Below, piece by piece: positions 16,234 through 20,000 of a DNA stretch of 20,000 nucleotides. The translations under genes were made by a program, and so were the position numbers. Source of the DNA: an uncultured virus (IMG/VR IMGVR_UViG_3300021378_001157) (taxonomy: Duplodnaviria; Heunggongvirae; Uroviricota; Caudoviricetes); the IMG/VR virus record IMGVR_UViG_3300021378_001157; one strand, written 5' to 3'. The notes beneath the pieces were generated by a model. The model was not told the DNA's origin. It ran no database searches and was given only the letters and a program-made list of their open reading frames with translations. Positions within the stretch are counted from its first letter, which is position 1, and each line of letters opens with the position of its first letter.

Positions 16234-16636
16234 CAATCACTCTATCTCTATCAAGTAACATTTTCTGTAAATCTGTAGTACTACCCACAAACATATTATT
16301 ATTGGTTACTCTCTTAGCTTCATCATCTTTCTTTTCATCTTTTAAATCTTTCTTGGCTTTCTGTAGTGCCATTAACTTTTCAGTAGTATCACTAATATCT
16401 TTTATAGACTTAGATAATACCTCAAATGCCCTAGGATGCTCAGACTCTCTTGCAAGTTCTGCAAGTATATCTAAAGACTTAGTACCAGTGGCAATTAAAT
16501 CTCTATATGTATCACGGGAGAATTCATAATCATCTTTGATATCTTTCTCTTCTTCTGGTATCGCTGGAACATTTACCTTAGTTTTAGTCGGTAAATTTTT
16601 TTCCAAAGACGCGTTCAATTTATCTCTTTTATCCAT
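16214..16636 (-). CDS. gp16: Terminase small subunit
   Basis: DDYEFSR, ARESEHPRAFEV and NNNMFVGSTTDLQKML. Likely start at ATG 16636, 1 nt after the gp15 stop; overlaps the gp17 start. Confidence 0.93.
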   Translation of the reverse strand: MDKRDKLNASLEKNLPTKTKVNVPAIPEEEKDIKDDYEFSRDTYRDLIATGTKSLDILAELARESEHPRAFEVLSKSIKDISDTTEKLMALQKAKKDLKDEKKDDEAKRVTNNNMFVGSTTDLQKMLLDRDRVIDAENKE

Positions 16637-16637
16637 A

Positions 16638-17405
16638 TTAATCTTGTGCTGGAGTTTCATCTATGGTAGTAGTTACAGTAAAGTCATCTGCTGTATCTGT
16701 GCTACCTACTGTGAAGTCCATCTCCTCAAATCTATTAGTGTTATCTGTTCCACCAAATTTTTCGAAATCTATATTTACTTCACGGATAATATTAGCATTA
16801 TCATTAGTTGGTCCGTAAAACTTCATCTTCATTGTAAAATCTAGTTGATATACAAGAACTCTACGAGAAATAAAATCACCCTCATATTCATCTTGGATAT
16901 CTGCATTAGTAAGTACTATAGGGACATCTTGTTTAAAATCAAAGCCATCTACTGGTTTGATTGTTACTGTATAATCTGGTTGGAAATATGGAAGTATTTG
17001 TTCCATAATTTGTAAACCATCATCTTGATTCTTGGCTAAAATATAGAGTGACATACCTATATTATAGTTTGTATAGAAGCTTATTTTCTTTTTCTTAGTT
17101 ACATCACTACCATGTGATTCAACTATACTACTTAACTTATTTAATTTTGATGCAGAGTCTTGTGCTAAAGATGTAATTTCAAATGCCATTCTGGGTAATT
17201 TTAGAGCAATTGATGCATCAATATTAGTATCTTGGTCTAATCTAGCCAAAAACTTTTGTTTTGGTCCATATGCAAGTGGAACCTTTTGTTGACTTAAAAT
17301 ACCACCAGAACCATCTTTACGAACTACTGATATATTATTAAAAAGAGTACCAAATACTGCAACTGATTTTCTTAGAGTTGCGTGGTAAAAATGATTTCCA
17401 AACAT
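16638..17405 (-). CDS. gp15: Tail sheath stabiliser / tail terminator
   Basis: FYH..LRK.V..FGTLFNNI, VPLAYGPKQKFLARL, LPRMAFEI and QIMEQILPYFQP. Confidence 0.95.
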   Translation of the reverse strand: MFGNHFYHATLRKSVAVFGTLFNNISVVRKDGSGGILSQQKVPLAYGPKQKFLARLDQDTNIDASIALKLPRMAFEITSLAQDSASKLNKLSSIVESHGSDVTKKKKISFYTNYNIGMSLYILAKNQDDGLQIMEQILPYFQPDYTVTIKPVDGFDFKQDVPIVLTNADIQDEYEGDFISRRVLVYQLDFTMKMKFYGPTNDNANIIREVNIDFEKFGGTDNTNRFEEMDFTVGSTDTADDFTVTTTIDETPAQD

Positions 17406-18346
17406 TAATAAGTCTCCGATGGGTCACCGAATGGATTAGACTCGGTAAAGTCTATGAAATTATCACCAATAGTTTCGAATGCTACGTTCTGAGATGCCCC
17501 ATCATTTGCAAATACATTACTAGTATCATTGTCTCCAATATCATAAACCTTAGTAATAATGCAGGTACTACCACTAGTACCTCCAATTAGCGGTTTACTA
17601 GCGGACGCTACGAACTGCCTATACGATTCTGAGCCAGAGACCCCTATACCTGATACTGATATACTTCCTGCAATATCTGATGTCTTAGTAAGAGTTTGTA
17701 CTTCACCAAAGATTTTTACTGCAGGAGTATCACCATCTGCTGGAACCAATTCTTGCGTTACTATCTCTGATTTTTCAAAATGATTACCACCTGTAACTGT
17801 TAAGTCGATGGCGATCTGATATGCTTCTGCACCAGTAGTATCATCTATTACACCAATCCCTGTTTCAAATTCTTCATCAGAATACTCAAAGAGAGCACAT
17901 GTAAGTTTATAAACAGGTAAGTTAGATAATTGGTAAAACGGCTTATCATCTTCCACATGAGATATTTCAAAGAAAGAATTGGTCATAGGTAAGAAGAGTA
18001 AATCACCTTCTTGTGGCTTTAACTGTATCTCATGTAAACCTACTGAATGATTCCAAGACTTTCTTGATATAACAAAGGATGCTTCATCACGAATTTCTAA
18101 TCCAAACTTAGAGTATAAGTCACCAGTTCCCTCAAAGCCTTCTACATTCTCAATGTATGCTTCTACTAAATATGCATCATCAAATCTTGATGAAGGGTCT
18201 TCGTTTAGAATATCATCACGGTTTACTAAGGTTCTAGGTATATAATATACATCTTGACCAAAGATTTTTAGTGATTCAATTACCAAATCCTCATAGAGGT
18301 TTTGTTCTGAACGAACTGCTTGACTAAAATATACGTTACGTGGCAT
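17405..18346 (-). CDS. gp14: Neck protein
   Basis: EQNLYEDLVIESLKIFGQDVYYIPR, SKFGLEIRDE, PQEGDL, PFYQL and DFTESNPFG; TAATG overlap with gp15. Confidence 0.95.
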   Translation of the reverse strand: MPRNVYFSQAVRSEQNLYEDLVIESLKIFGQDVYYIPRTLVNRDDILNEDPSSRFDDAYLVEAYIENVEGFEGTGDLYSKFGLEIRDEASFVISRKSWNHSVGLHEIQLKPQEGDLLFLPMTNSFFEISHVEDDKPFYQLSNLPVYKLTCALFEYSDEEFETGIGVIDDTTGAEAYQIAIDLTVTGGNHFEKSEIVTQELVPADGDTPAVKIFGEVQTLTKTSDIAGSISVSGIGVSGSESYRQFVASASKPLIGGTSGSTCIITKVYDIGDNDTSNVFANDGASQNVAFETIGDNFIDFTESNPFGDPSETY

Positions 18347-18349
18347 GTA

Positions 18350-19321
18350 TTATCCCATATAGAAATCGATTGGCTGTTCCCAATTCAATCGGACTTCTTC
18401 TTCTAATTTTTCTATCTCTGCTAAAGCATCATCAAATAATTGACGACCATTAAACTGAACCCCACCTGGCATTTGCATACCTTCGAATTTAAGTAAATTA
18501 GACCCCCACTGCTTCTTAATAATCGCAGTTAGATATTTTTTAAGGTAATGGTCATTATAGATATCTGTAAATGTTTCTGGGTCTATAATACGATATGCTT
18601 CTACCACTAGATAATTATCTATAACTACTTCTTCTCCCCACTTCATATCAACTCTTAATTGATTTCTATGTCTATCAAAAGAAGTAAATTTATTTTCTGA
18701 ATCAATAACTAAATCTAATGTTGAAAGATATTGTTGAGCCATAGAGTATTCTAATAGAGAACCCATATAACCTAAACTAAACATATCATTTAAATGCATC
18801 TGATACTTAATATCAAATAAGTTATTACTTGTAAATGCGTCATTAATAGGGAATAATCTAATTACATCTGTTACTGCATCAGGAATAGGAATATATTCAT
18901 TTTCCATATCACCCTTTACAATACTAGATATAATAGCTGTTGCTGCAGTATTAGTACCTGTTATGACTTCGTTTAATTGAAAGGGTATTTCATCATCATG
19001 GGTAAGTACTGTATAGACTATATAGTTTGCTGCAGTATCTTTATGAACTACTGCAGTAGCGCCTGATGTACTTCCCGTAATAGTTTCGCCTTCTTGAAAA
19101 TTCCCACCTACTGCAGCATGTAAGTTTAATTTACTACCAGTGATTTTATGTTTCAAAAATACCTTTTCAATTGCATCTGTATGATAGTGTTGATAAAACT
19201 GTAAAGCCTCATCTACTCTATCTTCCAGTTGGTCATCATCTACATTTATCTCTATTACTGGTGCACCCAACGCACGTAGACAATAATCTTTTAATGTTTC
19301 TCTACTGTTAGGTTTAGCCAT
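18350..19321 (-). CDS. gp13: Neck protein
   Basis: LKDYCLRALGAPVIEINVDDDQLEDR and KKQWGSNLLKFEGMQMPGGVQFNG. Start moved from 19351 to ATG 19321 (MAKP..., GGAG SD). Confidence 0.95.
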   Translation of the reverse strand: MAKPNSRETLKDYCLRALGAPVIEINVDDDQLEDRVDEALQFYQHYHTDAIEKVFLKHKITGSKLNLHAAVGGNFQEGETITGSTSGATAVVHKDTAANYIVYTVLTHDDEIPFQLNEVITGTNTAATAIISSIVKGDMENEYIPIPDAVTDVIRLFPINDAFTSNNLFDIKYQMHLNDMFSLGYMGSLLEYSMAQQYLSTLDLVIDSENKFTSFDRHRNQLRVDMKWGEEVVIDNYLVVEAYRIIDPETFTDIYNDHYLKKYLTAIIKKQWGSNLLKFEGMQMPGGVQFNGRQLFDDALAEIEKLEEEVRLNWEQPIDFYMG

Positions 19322-19323
19322 TT

Positions 19324-19671
19324 TTAGTCTCCGCTTTCTTCTTCTGCCCAAGGCATATCTGCTTCAACAACAGGTGATATAGCTTCATCAATTTGTTTTT
19401 GAATTTGTGCATTAATATGAGCTTCGTATGAACCCCCATCATTTGCTACTGCCTTAATCCATGTTAATACCTTTGCCTCTGTTAAATCTGCAAATGCAAC
19501 AAATGGATCTGCTTCAGCTGATGTAAATGGTGTAGCGCCTGAGAATACTCCTACATTATCATCTTCATCTGTACCAGTTTTTGTCCAATATGTTTGAACA
19601 ACAGCATCTGTATTACTGCCTTCAGTTTTCTTTTTTAATCCTGTAACTGCCCAGGTATATGTAATTGCCAT
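19324..19671 (-). CDS. Small hypothetical protein of a type often found beside phage tail-fibre genes
   Basis: 115-aa ORF with AAGGAGG SD and a late promoter; MAITYTW...FVAFADLTEAKVLTWIK...MPW pattern recognised from memory. Confidence 0.75.
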   Translation of the reverse strand: MAITYTWAVTGLKKKTEGSNTDAVVQTYWTKTGTDEDDNVGVFSGATPFTSAEADPFVAFADLTEAKVLTWIKAVANDGGSYEAHINAQIQKQIDEAISPVVEADMPWAEEESGD

Positions 19672-19707
19672 TATGTGTCCTCCTTCAAGGTGTTTATATT
19701 ACTATAC

Positions 19708-19715
19708 TATTTATA
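19708..19715 (-). promoter_or_regulatory. Late promoter for the neck-terminase-rimK operon
   Basis: Exact intergenic TATAAATA; a variant AATAAATA lies at 19718-19725. Confidence 0.8.
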
Positions 19716-19744
19716 AGTATTTATTTTTAAGTTGTTCTTATCTT

Positions 19745-19921
19745 TTAAAATACTGCATTGTATGCATCTTGTACTAGTTGTAATTTACTTGAAACATCTG
19801 CTCCTGCAACTAAGATGTCCTGTGAACCATCACTATAATCTACTTGCATGGTAGCAGGTGTTTCAGTCGGCTCTGTTCTATCAGGGTGCCATGCTATATG
19901 TGTTACTGTCTTACTTGACAT
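19745..19921 (-). CDS. Small hypothetical protein (58 aa)
   Basis: Hand translation MSSKTVTHIAWHPDRTEPTETPATMQVDYSDGSQDILVAGADVSSKLQLVQDAYNAVF*; GAGG SD; overlaps the upstream stop by 11 nt. Confidence 0.7.
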   Translation of the reverse strand: MSSKTVTHIAWHPDRTEPTETPATMQVDYSDGSQDILVAGADVSSKLQLVQDAYNAVF

Positions 19922-20000
19922 TTTTTATTTCCTCTATTTCTTGTTTCAAGTCTTTTACTTGTTGTGTTAATTCTTTTACTGCCTCAACAAGAAGTGCAGT
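19911..20000 (-). CDS. 3' end of a probable tail-fibre protein with an intramolecular chaperone (peptidase S74-type) C-terminal coiled coil
   Basis: ...TALLVEAVKELTQQVKDLKQEIEEIKNVK*; LLVEAVKEL followed by a heptad tail is typical of S74 chaperone ends. Only 29 residues are visible. Confidence 0.65.
   Translation of the reverse strand, partial: TALLVEAVKELTQQVKDLKQEIEEIKNVK

Noticed and set aside
122..17783. All plus-strand ORFs in the track (e.g. 122-379, 6085-6339, 12112-12429, 16536-16844)
   Set aside because: They are antisense shadows of well-conserved minus-strand genes, with no recognisable motifs.
1..20000. Stop-codon recoding, introns, inteins, homing endonucleases, tRNAs or CRISPR arrays
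   Set aside because: TAA, TAG and TGA all end genes at the expected C-termini, core genes are uninterrupted and of ordinary length, and the short intergenic gaps show no cloverleaf or repeat-spacer pattern by eye.

Overview
Core structural and recombination module of a T4-like myovirus, with every real gene on the minus strand. In transcription order (right to left): the C-terminus of a tail-fibre chaperone-type protein, two small tail-region proteins, neck gp13/gp14, gp15, terminase gp16/gp17, an inserted RimK-family ATP-grasp ligase fused to a RimB-like protease, sheath gp18, tube gp19, portal gp20, core gp67/gp68-position genes, protease gp21, scaffold gp22, capsid gp23, gp3, uvsY, a small ORF, uvsW, a hypothetical gene, late sigma gp55, gp47 and the 5' part of gp46. 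The 23-3-uvsY-uvsW-55-47-46 order resembles marine T4-like phages (cyanomyovirus/pelagimyovirus type); the host cannot be read from this window. Highlights: (1) the RimK-RimB fusion is translationally coupled to terminase and starts with a sequence resembling the T4 capsid-targeting peptide, so it may be a packaged glutamylation writer/eraser; (2) a mirror-image pair of sigma70-type promoters next to gene 55, one of which points at no gene; (3) late promoters placed to give leaderless mRNAs; (4) a palindromic late promoter and a 5' hairpin on the portal mRNA; (5) three small ORFs and two partial CDSs missing from the ORF track. All family calls come from motif recognition and synteny; no database search was run.
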